A stretch of DNA of 58,847 bases from a virus (taxonomy: Duplodnaviria; Caudoviricetes), in the IMG/VR virus record IMGVR_UViG_3300009124_000013, positions 1 through 58,847 of that record; one strand, written 5' to 3'. The notes below the pieces were generated by a model. That model was given only the letters and a program-made list of their open reading frames with translations. It had not been told where the DNA came from and did no database searches. The position numbers and the translations under genes are program-made. Below are positions 45,101-55,900 of this stretch, piece by piece. Each line of letters begins with the position of its first letter. The first letter of the stretch is position 1.

Positions 45101-47053
45101 CATATTAATACGTATAAGATTTCAACAGTTCCTAGTGGATCAACTTCTGGTTCTCAACCATCAGTTCAGGGAGTAACTGCAGGAGATACGTTAACTATTC
45201 AACCAATCTGGGTTCTTACTGAGCAACAGAGAACAGATTATAACTTAGAGTATGTTGATTACAAATCAAAAGCAATTTATACTCGCTTGTGGAATACTTA
45301 CATTGGTAATAGTGGCAGTGGACAGGCATACGGGGATGGATTTGCTACTATTGATTTATTAGGATATGTGAATGGCGATAGATTTAATCTTGATGAAGTC
45401 AGATTCTTATCTCCTCAGAAGATTGTAACCAATACTAGTTTGGGTGCAGGTCAAACCCAAACTCCAACAGATTTCTTTGGTGATCCAGATACTGAAACTT
45501 TTGATGTAAGATTATCTCAAAAGAAAACTAGCATTGCTGGTCCTAATCCATTATCTGGTCCTACAGGTATTATTAGATTTTTAAATCCAATTAGAAGAGA
45601 ATCAACGGGTCAATTGGCAGAATGGGAGATGGGATTCACTCCATATCGTCCAGTATTTAATGCCCAAACAGGAGAATTGACAAAATGGGTAAAACCCGAT
45701 GGAACTGATTATGTAGAGACAAGAGAAGTTTACGATGAAAGTACAAATTCAATTGTCACTCAATCTGACGTGCTTGTAAAGAATTTACCCGATTCTTTAA
45801 CAGTAACATTAGATTACCACGCATACGGTATTGATGTTACCAATACTGGATTTGAATCTGGAGAAAGTTGGTATGGTGCTATTCATCCATTTACGGATGA
45901 TTTTAGAATCGCTAATCCTCTTGGGAGCAGCAGTGGTCGTTGTTCTAATATGAGATTGGAGAAACAACCAACTACAATTAGAACTGTTGAGCAAGTCACT
46001 GCAACAGATCTTTCTACTATTTCCAATGCTCAGTGGGGAGATTCTTTCGATACTAATGCAGAAAGATTAGCATATCTTTCTAGTTCTACTTATTTCCTTA
46101 AATCATCGGGAAGCACTTCAATTTACGGTGGAACTGGTAGTCCTATTGGTGGACAAGTAGCAGTAAACCCAGAAGGAACTGATAGTTATATCAAGTTCTT
46201 CTATGATTCTAATGGTCAGAACGGACAAGTTTGTAGATTCTCTGGCGATGAAAAAACTTACACCGAGACCGTTCAAGGAGTTTCTGTTCAGTATAATGTA
46301 ATTCCAATCAAAACAAATGATTTATCAACTGATATCAATTTAAAAGATGCTCGTAATTTGAGTGGTAATAATATTATTCCTACTGCAGATACTGAATTTA
46401 ATATTGCATATAATGGAGTTGTTCTTAGAGCATGGTTCTCTGGGGGTGATAGGTATGATGCTCCAAACTCATATACTGGTGGTGGAAACAACCAAGCAGT
46501 ATTTGACTTTGATGCATTCCCACTTTATGCATATGCTAAACTGAGAGATAAAACTGAAATTAGAAGTGCTGAACTTCATGATATTGACTCTTTGGGTAAT
46601 CTTTCTACTCAACAACCACAATGGAAGAGAGTATTCAATCCTGTATATAATCCAGCAACAGGAAATACGGAAACCGAAGACCCCGCAACTTATGGTCTTG
46701 AATCCAATTTAAGAACGGGTCAGTTAAATGTTAGTGGTGTTGGTGATTTGACTCAAACCTCAACAGTTCCTGCTGATGATGTCATCCCAGCGGCATTCCA
46801 GCAGGTATCTAGATTGTCGTCAGCACAAATTGATACTCAAGGATCTTCTATTTTAAGACCTGGCAATAGATTAACGACCCTATATATTAATAATGAAACA
46901 AAAACATTTGATCTGGATGATGTGTTTGGAGCGGATAGAAAAGTAATCACTCCAGATATTGTTAATACTGAAGCTGTTTTTATTGTCGGTAGGGCAATTG
47001 GAAATACCTCAGTCGATATTCAAATTAATATCACATATGTAGAGCAGTTATAA
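42116..47053 (+). CDS. giant virion structural protein, paralogue B
   Basis: Same core motifs as paralogue A; GTGY..GD modules. Confidence 0.8.
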   Translation: MTLEVPSFDSYYLPTNPKDTTVLVGSSFDTKIGYNKRAAAQTDLYVILQDIEGTPLTDADGEDLVAAVTGFITSELTSEKALGVNLPTIPEETQTFYYNVFGDAFEVRKRQVGAAVGGGDILPYVKITNPSNAFKYIREKNTIEIATGDIKYRIDENGQTTTDTIGYEYEEFVISSTSESTDANGNLVITYFLGSEPSNDSYGSSPARPVSMIRNKVEKVRISTLKVEEVFPSTSEVSTTLLGIDRAETQLGLFSNVSTYGFNPDEFVYYNDNPNLGPTSWVTRLTESGERHYSSRVEEVGNEGALRISSYPVPYSYPWPPLSQSFNIEGDDIIGLYSEEGWRKWQNWLRLGKSLYEYFATQRDAQGVSNNPDSPRYKYNLILSRFLPAINQWDDNNFYGGQFYGDDLDRYYLQISIWTDTWRKISDGEFREPVLGTVINLTWLKSNIPILRGTGTDPVASAGSYASGTVNNGSASPETYLNPYLETWKNDTFISAASSGGDPILLDFVPGYGASGNTFTLLQSRQAFRYQPGRISGYTFGTRATMTKDTANNYAEWGIFNDFDEYVFRREGANFFIVRRSNVHLPLSSLQELGVADVDGNVDDERVQYYDKTIGGTLYTIQEISLPRERFNGDSLNGNGPSGYLLTTDEITMYKIEFGWYGAIGLRLYAYVPVENGKARWVVVHTFVIENKLLEPSMGDPFYRFKYEMRVGSQQGPRLNEPQVLYKYGTSMYIDGGDEGTVSVYSQVSDTKTLPFAVGGGNYTSIFGIYPKKTISSGGVDANGQNVSIPNKKIIVPKLVSITATGVDSQETNAMAELNFTKCVGCSGSAYLYMPDIECGVHGDVRKIKKIDDATGDSNFTLAPITKEVLAVELQGTRLVIPDTNYIRQGDYLTDDNNVGNIVPGHIRNLSYRGVIGNITDGGTGYTVSTTVVDVPLTNVSGSGTGLTATITTDASGVVTEILTSRLGTGYQVGDVLSFDGSSVGGGSGFEFTVTHINTYKISTVPSGSTSGSQPSVQGVTAGDTLTIQPIWVLTEQQRTDYNLEYVDYKSKAIYTRLWNTYIGNSGSGQAYGDGFATIDLLGYVNGDRFNLDEVRFLSPQKIVTNTSLGAGQTQTPTDFFGDPDTETFDVRLSQKKTSIAGPNPLSGPTGIIRFLNPIRRESTGQLAEWEMGFTPYRPVFNAQTGELTKWVKPDGTDYVETREVYDESTNSIVTQSDVLVKNLPDSLTVTLDYHAYGIDVTNTGFESGESWYGAIHPFTDDFRIANPLGSSSGRCSNMRLEKQPTTIRTVEQVTATDLSTISNAQWGDSFDTNAERLAYLSSSTYFLKSSGSTSIYGGTGSPIGGQVAVNPEGTDSYIKFFYDSNGQNGQVCRFSGDEKTYTETVQGVSVQYNVIPIKTNDLSTDINLKDARNLSGNNIIPTADTEFNIAYNGVVLRAWFSGGDRYDAPNSYTGGGNNQAVFDFDAFPLYAYAKLRDKTEIRSAELHDIDSLGNLSTQQPQWKRVFNPVYNPATGNTETEDPATYGLESNLRTGQLNVSGVGDLTQTSTVPADDVIPAAFQQVSRLSSAQIDTQGSSILRPGNRLTTLYINNETKTFDLDDVFGADRKVITPDIVNTEAVFIVGRAIGNTSVDIQINITYVEQL

Positions 47054-47055
47054 AC

Positions 47056-50000
47056 ATGGCAATCAGAAACCCAGTACTTTTCGGTCTTAAAGTATCATTC
47101 TCACTTACTGATGTAGAATCTAAGAATACTGCTCTTAATAGTTTAGGGTTGGATATCAGAGACCTTGCAGTTATTGAAGGAATCTCTGAAAATCTAAGAA
47201 CAGAAGAACTTCAGAACGTATCTGGTTTAGATGTTAATCTTACCAGGTACTTAGATCGCTTGAAATCAGATAGTAATCGTTATGTTGGATTAATTAATTT
47301 GATCTCTGGGTACATTACCCCTACCAGGGGTAATTTAGAGGCATATGGGGCGGTCTCAGGCGGTGCTATGAGGTTCCAATTCATCCCCAATGATAAGGGT
47401 AATAATGTAACCAAAAACGATGTAAAGTATGGTGATATCTCAACGTCTAGAGTTAGTGCATGGAGTGGTGGATCTGAAGGAGATCCCACCTCTGCTATTT
47501 CTTATGGTGCATCTGTCCAAGTTAAAGGTACAGTGAAACTTGGTAACTCTAGTTCATATACCGTTCCAACAAATCAGTCGATCTTAAATGTATTAGATAC
47601 ACCAGAACCTGTAAGATTTGATACTGAAGTACCAACTGACATCATCAAGATGGATTTGAATGGTACAGATGGATATTTGTATGCAATGCGTGGTATTCCC
47701 CAAATCTTTACCACTGCATTCAAAAACATTGCAATGGACTTTACTTTCGATCCATATCCTGTTAATGGTGTAAATAAAACTCCAATTTATACATTGACTG
47801 ATACTGATAGTGGATATGAAATTGTATCAAGACCTAGTGCAACTACTGTTTCTAGGTTGAGATATAATACTACAAGTTTTAAAGAAAGACAAATTCGGGT
47901 ATATTTCCCTCCTGCATATATCAAAGGGATTGTTGGAAACAATATCAATCTTACAACATTCCCTGTTGTAAAATATCCAAATGCTACATCATTTACTTTT
48001 GCGAACAATCTGCTAACTGAAATGCCAGATTGGACTACAATTAATTATGTTCAGACATATAATACTGCAAATCCTCCACAGATTACCAGCGAAAGTACAA
48101 CATTATTTACAATCAATCTGCAAAATAATTATCTTTATCAAACTGGTATTGATGAAGAAAAGCAATTTGGATCAAAGGTACTTAAGAAAATACCAAAGAG
48201 ATTGAGAAATTTGAATCTTCGTGGTTGTTATAATGGTCATACTGAATTTCTAAATCAAGAGGAAATGATGGTATTGAAGGTCACTCAAAGTGAGTACAAT
48301 AATGTCATTATTGATAAAGATACCAAACAAGAGTTTACCTTTGCTATTGGCAATCCATCCCAATCAGTAGTGATTAAAGGTAAGTATTTTGACAAACACT
48401 CTTTCTCTGGATTTAATGATTCTGGCGTTGCTGCTACCATATACTATGTTTATGTTGATGAACCATCATCGACCACTAATATTACAGCAATTCCAAACTA
48501 TTGGAATCAAATTGATGTTCTCGATCTAGCAACTAGATGTCCAGAATTGCAGGAGTTAAATCTTCAAAATTTAAGTAATCGTAGAATATTCAGAACTTCA
48601 GCATCAAGAATTGTAGACAAAACTAGCACTACAGCAGGCGTTAGAAACATTTCGTATACTACAAACCAAGAAGAGACCCCAAGAGTTAATATTAAAAACA
48701 TTAGAACTTATAATATCTACGATTGCTACTTCACTAGAATTAGTCCAGTATTTGAAGATCCAGTTAATAATGGTGGACTACCTAATGATCAAAATTCAGC
48801 ATTAAGAACTTTCCAAGTGGGAGAGAATGAGGCATTAACATCATCGGGATTGAATTTTACTAGAATGGCTAGTATCAGTTCTATTAGTTTATATGATACT
48901 GCATTACCTCTTCCAACGGGATTGGAAAATAAAACAAGTTTGTCATCATTAAACTGCAATTATACTAGATTCCCAACTAGAAGTCCTGCTCCTGTTGCTT
49001 GGACTCCAAGTGGAAGTGCTGCTGGCGGTAATCCAATCGCTCAAAACAATACTTTGTGGAGCACTACGCAACCTACAGCATTAGGTAACTACGCATTAAA
49101 TGGATGTTCTAGTTTAAGAAGTTTAAATTTCTATGCATCATATCTTGATGGAATGATTCCTAAGTTTTTGGGTAATGGTAATCTTAGAACAATTGACTTT
49201 AGATATTCTAGAATTGAGGGTGGTCGCCCTGGTGGTATTGGTGCATCATTTAATGGTGGTGAGCATGGTAGAAGATATATTATGTGGGATGATACATTTG
49301 AAGAAGCACAGAGAATCAGCACTATTAGAATTATCAGTTCAACCTTAGGTAGAAACATTGGCACATGGAATGGATCTACTTATACTGGAGCAGAATTCGA
49401 AGCAGCTACATTTAATCTTCCATCCTTATCTTATCTTCAAATTCAATCTACAGGTGGTTACTTAACTGGAAACTTCTTTAGCACTTCTGGTGCTCCAAAC
49501 TTAAGATATATCATCTCGGAAAATAATGGATGGGGTTCTGGAACATCAACTGGTAATACTCCACTTCCATCATTTGGAGCAAACAGTAGAATTTATTACA
49601 TTGCGTTGAGAAACAACAAATTCAATGGTTCAATTGAACTTGTAAACCTGACAAATTTAAGATATTTCTATGTGTCCTCAAATGAAATTCAATCCGTTGG
49701 TAACCTTCAAAATCTCAGCAGATTAAATTATTTCATTGTCGGTAATAACCAAATCTCTTCTGCTTTCCCTGATTTTACTAACGGTGCTCGAAATATTCAA
49801 TACATTTCTATGAATAATAATCAGATGACTGTATTTGGGCAAGGTGCATTAGCAGGTGCTACCCGTCTAAGATCCCTTGATGTGTCTAACAACTTGTTTA
49901 ACTCTGCTAATATTGATGCTATTCTTGAAGATCTCTTGGCAAACTATAATGCTGCTAGACGCAGTGGAGTTATTGTCAACCTCTCTGGTAATACAGGTCA

Positions 50001-50388
50001 ACCATCATCAAATTCTGTAACCACTCCCACTTCCTCTACTACAAAAGAAGGTGAGGAAACTATTACAGTGACTCAAGATGATCCTGGAAATCCAACTGCA
50101 ACTTTTGCAGCGACAACGTTAAATCTTAGAAACGATTCTCCCAATAGCACAACTACATACTTTACGAAGCTATTCATTAATGGATCCGAAGTATCATTGC
50201 CCAATGCAAGTGTTTCTATTAACTACTCAAATGATTCAGTAACATTTGCATCAGGATCTGAACCAACATCGGGGACTGAAATTAAACTTGAAGTTTGGAA
50301 AACTGTAACTGGTAGTGTTACTACTGTAACTGGTGGCATTGTCATTGTTAATGAGTTAAGAGCAAAAGGTTGGACAATTAATTTCTAA
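47056..50388 (+). CDS. leucine-rich-repeat virion protein
   Basis: Repeats such as LRYFYVSSNEI, LNYFIVGNNQI, IQYISMNNNQM, LRSLDVSNNLF. Confidence 0.8.
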   Translation: MAIRNPVLFGLKVSFSLTDVESKNTALNSLGLDIRDLAVIEGISENLRTEELQNVSGLDVNLTRYLDRLKSDSNRYVGLINLISGYITPTRGNLEAYGAVSGGAMRFQFIPNDKGNNVTKNDVKYGDISTSRVSAWSGGSEGDPTSAISYGASVQVKGTVKLGNSSSYTVPTNQSILNVLDTPEPVRFDTEVPTDIIKMDLNGTDGYLYAMRGIPQIFTTAFKNIAMDFTFDPYPVNGVNKTPIYTLTDTDSGYEIVSRPSATTVSRLRYNTTSFKERQIRVYFPPAYIKGIVGNNINLTTFPVVKYPNATSFTFANNLLTEMPDWTTINYVQTYNTANPPQITSESTTLFTINLQNNYLYQTGIDEEKQFGSKVLKKIPKRLRNLNLRGCYNGHTEFLNQEEMMVLKVTQSEYNNVIIDKDTKQEFTFAIGNPSQSVVIKGKYFDKHSFSGFNDSGVAATIYYVYVDEPSSTTNITAIPNYWNQIDVLDLATRCPELQELNLQNLSNRRIFRTSASRIVDKTSTTAGVRNISYTTNQEETPRVNIKNIRTYNIYDCYFTRISPVFEDPVNNGGLPNDQNSALRTFQVGENEALTSSGLNFTRMASISSISLYDTALPLPTGLENKTSLSSLNCNYTRFPTRSPAPVAWTPSGSAAGGNPIAQNNTLWSTTQPTALGNYALNGCSSLRSLNFYASYLDGMIPKFLGNGNLRTIDFRYSRIEGGRPGGIGASFNGGEHGRRYIMWDDTFEEAQRISTIRIISSTLGRNIGTWNGSTYTGAEFEAATFNLPSLSYLQIQSTGGYLTGNFFSTSGAPNLRYIISENNGWGSGTSTGNTPLPSFGANSRIYYIALRNNKFNGSIELVNLTNLRYFYVSSNEIQSVGNLQNLSRLNYFIVGNNQISSAFPDFTNGARNIQYISMNNNQMTVFGQGALAGATRLRSLDVSNNLFNSANIDAILEDLLANYNAARRSGVIVNLSGNTGQPSSNSVTTPTSSTTKEGEETITVTQDDPGNPTATFAATTLNLRNDSPNSTTTYFTKLFINGSEVSLPNASVSINYSNDSVTFASGSEPTSGTEIKLEVWKTVTGSVTTVTGGIVIVNELRAKGWTINF

Positions 50389-50390
50389 AA

Positions 50391-52988
50391 ATGGCAAATC
50401 AAGGTTTTGTACAGGCACTAAACTTAGCAGAAGTTGAAGACGGATCTTTGATCCTTGACAACTTGGCAGGAGGAACTGCATCTAATGATTTAAAGATCTT
50501 TCAAGGTGTTAGTACTAAGAAATCTTTATTGTTCTTTAATCGATTTGTTCATACTGCCGTAACTGAAGAATCAGTTAAATCCTTGGAACTGGGAACAAAG
50601 TTCATCTATGATAGTGTTTACACATACACAGATGATGATATTGTAGATATTGTTCCTATCAATCTTTTGAAAGATTATGATATTGTGTACAGAGGATTTG
50701 ACTCTGATGGTAAATTATCCAACCCAGGATCTGGTAAAGACGTAACTTTTAGTAGAGGTGATGGATATTTACCTGGTAAATATGAGATTATATTTAAAGG
50801 TGGATCTGGTTTAAATGAATCTGTAGAGGCAATCCTTGAGATTTCTGATGGTCAAAATGTTTTTAGTTATCCAGGATTAATTGGTCAAATTGGAACCATT
50901 GAAATTACTGATAGTGGTGATACTCAAGGATCGGGAACTACTTTTAGTGGATTTAAACAAGGTGATGTACTTACAGTCAGTAAGTATAGACAAATTATAG
51001 ATGAAAATGGAAATACCACAGGAAATACCACATATATCAGCGGTGATTTACCACCACGCATCTCTGGAATCCCTGGAACTGGATTCCAAGTAACTATTAT
51101 TGGATATCCATGGACAGCATTATTAGTTGGAAACTATACATGGGATATTGCAAATCTTGACACAGCATCTTTAAGAGTTGAGATTGCAAATACTAATGCA
51201 AGTTTAAATGGAACATATGATTTAGTTAAGGATGCAACAACCAATAAGCATAAATTTGTACCGCCAAGTTCTCCAACATCAAAATCATATGATGTTAATA
51301 GATTAATTTATACTCAAGAGTTCATTGAACGTAATGAGGAATTGTATGATGTAAGTGGAGATGGTTCTTTAACCTCGTGGGATATTGATTTGCTGGAAGT
51401 ATTCTTTAGAAATACTCAGAACTTCCCAGCATCCACATTTGAAGATGATGTAAAAGATTGGATTGCTGATTATATTACAGCAAACGGATTGCCATCTGGA
51501 TCTACTAGAACTAATGAGATTCAGTTGTATAATTATATGGAAGGATTAAATCGTTCCATTATGAATGTCGATGGAACAAATCCTACAACTACAACTATTC
51601 CTGCAACTGCGATCACACTTCTTCGCAATTATGTGACTGGTAATGGTACTTTGTATTCTATTTCTACTGCTAGTACATTAATTAATTCAGCTACAGTCAA
51701 TGCATCATCACTTAGTCATGCAATTGCAGTAAGAGTTCCTGTAAGAGAATTCCCAATTTATACTCTTGATACTGAAGGATATGCCAAACCATATTTCCTT
51801 TTAACTGTATATAATTCATCTTCTGGTGGATATGTAAATCATTTCAATCAATTTGCTAAATTTGGTAGAAAGATGACTTGTACCACCACTCTGAACAGTT
51901 GGATTTCTATTCCTATTGGTGCGTCTGGTACATCTTCTGGCATTGATTGGAAAATTGCTGATAAGTTCACGGGCACAAATACTGATGGAAGTACTCTTTA
52001 TTATGTAAATGTAGTTGCTTCTGGTGATGGGTTCGCGTCTAACTCTACATTTAGTAATTATAATTTAACAGTACAAACAAGTACCCCTGTTATTTCCACT
52101 GCTGATAACGGAACTGAGTATGGCATTTTTGATTCCAATGGTCAGAATACTTACTTCTTGAGATCATTGCCAAGAAGTACTCAAGAAAGTTTAAAGGAAA
52201 TTATTCTTATTGCTGAAAATTATAGTATACCAACCTCAGAGAGTAATACTTATGGTGGTACAAAAGTACCAACAACAACACTATTCCCCGATGTTATCTT
52301 CAGACGTGACGATAAACTGACCGTTGAGAATATTCAAAATTTAGAGTCACCTGAAGTATTAGATAATGAAGAGTCGAACTCTGAATCATATGGATCTACA
52401 GGCAGTTTTTCATATGGACTTAATGATGGATATACTGTAGAACTAGAAAACGTTAGTGAAAATGTAGAGCAAGCAACCTATTTAAAAGGTAGTAAGTATA
52501 GAATTGATCGCAAATTATACTATGAAAAAGATATTAAAATTGAGGGTCTGATTAGTGCCTTTGACCCAGATGGGTTCAATAGTACTGAGGCAGCATTAAG
52601 TCCAACCGATGATGATGTAATATCACCTGGCATTTATATTAGTGATGCTGGATCTCAAATTACAAATAATTTAAGATCTGACTTTGCAGGTAAGACAAGA
52701 TCATTCTCCAATGATTATAATCCATGGGAGGCAGATCCTGACAATGGTCAGTTAGTGACGACATCAACTGAAGTATCAATTAATGATCTTATCTTTACTC
52801 AGGAAGTTTCTATTGATTTACGTAGAGATGGTCAAACTACTGATAATACAAGATTTGTTAATGGTAATGGTGCTCTTGGAGAAACTTTGGCAGATAACTA
52901 TGCAGTTAATCCATCCAATCCAACTTCATTCAAACTCAAAATGGTGATCAATAACGAAGAATTCTATATCTTGATGAAGAAGGTTTAG
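50391..52988 (+). CDS. large structural/hypothetical protein
   Basis: ORF track; coupled to the LRR gene; S/T/G/N-rich. Confidence 0.75.
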   Translation: MANQGFVQALNLAEVEDGSLILDNLAGGTASNDLKIFQGVSTKKSLLFFNRFVHTAVTEESVKSLELGTKFIYDSVYTYTDDDIVDIVPINLLKDYDIVYRGFDSDGKLSNPGSGKDVTFSRGDGYLPGKYEIIFKGGSGLNESVEAILEISDGQNVFSYPGLIGQIGTIEITDSGDTQGSGTTFSGFKQGDVLTVSKYRQIIDENGNTTGNTTYISGDLPPRISGIPGTGFQVTIIGYPWTALLVGNYTWDIANLDTASLRVEIANTNASLNGTYDLVKDATTNKHKFVPPSSPTSKSYDVNRLIYTQEFIERNEELYDVSGDGSLTSWDIDLLEVFFRNTQNFPASTFEDDVKDWIADYITANGLPSGSTRTNEIQLYNYMEGLNRSIMNVDGTNPTTTTIPATAITLLRNYVTGNGTLYSISTASTLINSATVNASSLSHAIAVRVPVREFPIYTLDTEGYAKPYFLLTVYNSSSGGYVNHFNQFAKFGRKMTCTTTLNSWISIPIGASGTSSGIDWKIADKFTGTNTDGSTLYYVNVVASGDGFASNSTFSNYNLTVQTSTPVISTADNGTEYGIFDSNGQNTYFLRSLPRSTQESLKEIILIAENYSIPTSESNTYGGTKVPTTTLFPDVIFRRDDKLTVENIQNLESPEVLDNEESNSESYGSTGSFSYGLNDGYTVELENVSENVEQATYLKGSKYRIDRKLYYEKDIKIEGLISAFDPDGFNSTEAALSPTDDDVISPGIYISDAGSQITNNLRSDFAGKTRSFSNDYNPWEADPDNGQLVTTSTEVSINDLIFTQEVSIDLRRDGQTTDNTRFVNGNGALGETLADNYAVNPSNPTSFKLKMVINNEEFYILMKKV

Positions 52989-55900
52989 AATATATTATTT
53001 GGATCTGAACTGCCGATCAGCATATCATAGAAAGTACCACCAAAGTTTACTCTCAACTTCTTATCTACGGGAAGATTACCGAGTGCTGTAGTACCTAAAC
53101 TTTGAATGTTCAATACTGGATGAGTAGCACGAATACTTCTGACATTCAGTTTTCCACCCATAGTCATGTCTGGTTCATTTACTGTGGTTGCGAGACCAAG
53201 TGGTGAACTATCAAACGGTGGTGAAGTATCAAGTGGAGGGCAGCACAATTCCTTATTAAAGGTTACTGCACTACCAGAAAGAATAGCAGATCCTTGAGCA
53301 AAGGTGTAAACAGAACGTTGGTTAGTTGTATTCTGTAGATATTGAGTGGCACCAGTTCTAGTTGTATTTGGATGGAACATCCTAATAAATGGTAACCTCT
53401 CCTCAATAACGCTGTTTGCTCTTACTAACTCATAAGTTTTATTTCTATATTGAATATAGTCATAAGTTGGAGTCGAACCAGTAATTCTAAAATCTCTATA
53501 ACTTGGTTGTAAGTTAATCAAGTTAGCAATTCTTTGATTACCAGAATTAGTTTTCTGAGTATTGGTCAGCAAATTGTATGGTGTGATTCCACCAGTATTT
53601 GTGTTGCCATCAGATACAAATGCTGCACCAGCAAATGACTTAAACCACATCAATTTTCTAGTTCCATTTACTTCATGATATCTTACATACTGACCTGAAG
53701 TAAGAATTCTATTTGGACCATTACCATTAACTGGAATACTTCTCCAGTTATGGAAGATAGTTTCTGCTTGTGTTGCAGTTAATGTATATGTACCAGTTAT
53801 TTGTGAAAATGTATCAGCTCTAGTGTTATTAGTAACATAATCATTATATCTGAAGTTAAGTTCAGTATAATCACCCAAACCAGCGTTTTGAGTGACTGTT
53901 TGAGATGCATCACTACTGATTTCATAATTAGAGATAGTTAAACTTGAAGATGCAACTTCAGTCCAATTCAATACCTTATCCAGTACATTTCCATTTTCAT
54001 CTGTTGTAGTATCTGTATTGACATATACTTCATCAAATAGTTTAACAATCAGATAGTATTTGGTAGAATTGGTTGTTGTGCCGAGAATTCCATCACCAAT
54101 GATTCTAAGTGCTCCCTCAATAGTACCAAATGGAATGTAACTTGTGGTTTGATTCTTGAGGTTATTGAATCCAAGTTGCTCAAGATATACTGCAGTGTCA
54201 GATGTATTTGATACCAATCTAATACTAACAACATTATCTTTAAATCTTCTGGTAGGATTGGCAGATTGAGAAAATGCTACATTAGGAGCAACAGCAGTTA
54301 AGTTATCATCTACCCACCATGCTGCAGAAGAACTACCAGTAGTTTGAGTATTTCTATACCATCCAGTTTGAAGAGTTTCAGTCCATAGATCATCTAAATC
54401 TTGTGCTGTTCCTGAAGGATTGCTATAATGTAATGCAACATAACGAGTATTAATATTAGTTACTAATGCACTCTCTCCAGTATTTGCATCTGTTACTGTG
54501 ACAGTTTTATATGAGTTCTGAGCACAGTTTGTATTATTGCAATAGGTTTCAAGTGGTTTGGTAATATCAATACCTCTATCATAATATACAGCACCTAATA
54601 AATCTCCACCAATAGTAGTATAAGGTCTGTTCAACCATACTTCACCCTTATCTGTTGTTCCTGATGGTACAAGATTTAATACTCTTCTATACTCAGTTTG
54701 ATCTGATGGATCTTGAGATGATACAAATACCATTCCCAGTTGAACTTCACTTACATCACCTCTATACTTGAAGACCTGACCGATACCTGGACCTGAAATT
54801 GAAGCACCATTTGCAGTGCTAGTAAAAGTAATGCCACTTACAGTTGTAGTTGCATCACCAGAGTTAAATGTAACCGCAGCTCCGTTTACACTATATGTGC
54901 CAAATGGGAAGATACATGTATTTGTTGGAAGTGTATCGTTAAATCCTAAGAATGTGGAATCAGTATCCCCATCTCCCTTGTAAGGTACAAACAGTGGAGT
55001 GACAAGTCCACGGTGATTATACACCAATACATTAATACTACTGCCAGATTGCAGTGTATTCTTGCTCAATACAACATCATTACCACCAACACCTGAGGAT
55101 AACTGTTCAGTTATTCTTGTTCCTGTGCTGAAGAAATAATCTTCATATAAGTTTCTACCATCACGCAATGTAATATATGAACCGATCTCAGCATTTACTG
55201 CGGTGTTTAACGACACCAATCTAGAATTATTTACAAATGTACCAGTTAATTGGTATACAGAATCATTATATTTTACAGGAGGTACATATGTTGACTGAAC
55301 TGGTAATGTGCTATAGAATAAGTTATATTGATCACCAGCACTGAGTAATTGTTCGCCACCAAATGCTCTTTGATCGATACCAGATTCTCTACTTGTTCCA
55401 CCATATGGAACAGAGTTATCTAAGAATACTTTAAAGTCACCGATTTGGAAGAACTTGTAGTTAATATCATAAAGATATTTGTAATTAAGTGGACCATATC
55501 CAGAGGTTTCTGATGCCATCCACAGAACCCATGCCTTTTCTTGTACTTGACCTGCATTTGGAACATCATCATCTCTAGTATAATATGTCCAATCAAATGC
55601 ATACTCCTCATATGCAGGTAAGAATTGCTCAATAGTAATGAATTTTGTTCTTGGGGTTTGTTCTGCATATCTACCAACAAAGAATAGATTATTTGTTGGG
55701 GTTGTAGCGTCAATAGCATCACTCAGGTTACCAGTTTGATATGTTGTAGTGATTGCAGTGCCAGTTGTCCCCCCCTCAAATGAGAATGGAGTATGGCGTG
55801 CTTGTTGGTCATTATTACCACTACCATCAACAGTGGTATAATTAGTAACATTTTCATTATAATCTTGAGTGATGCTACATGTAACTTGACGAGTAGAATC

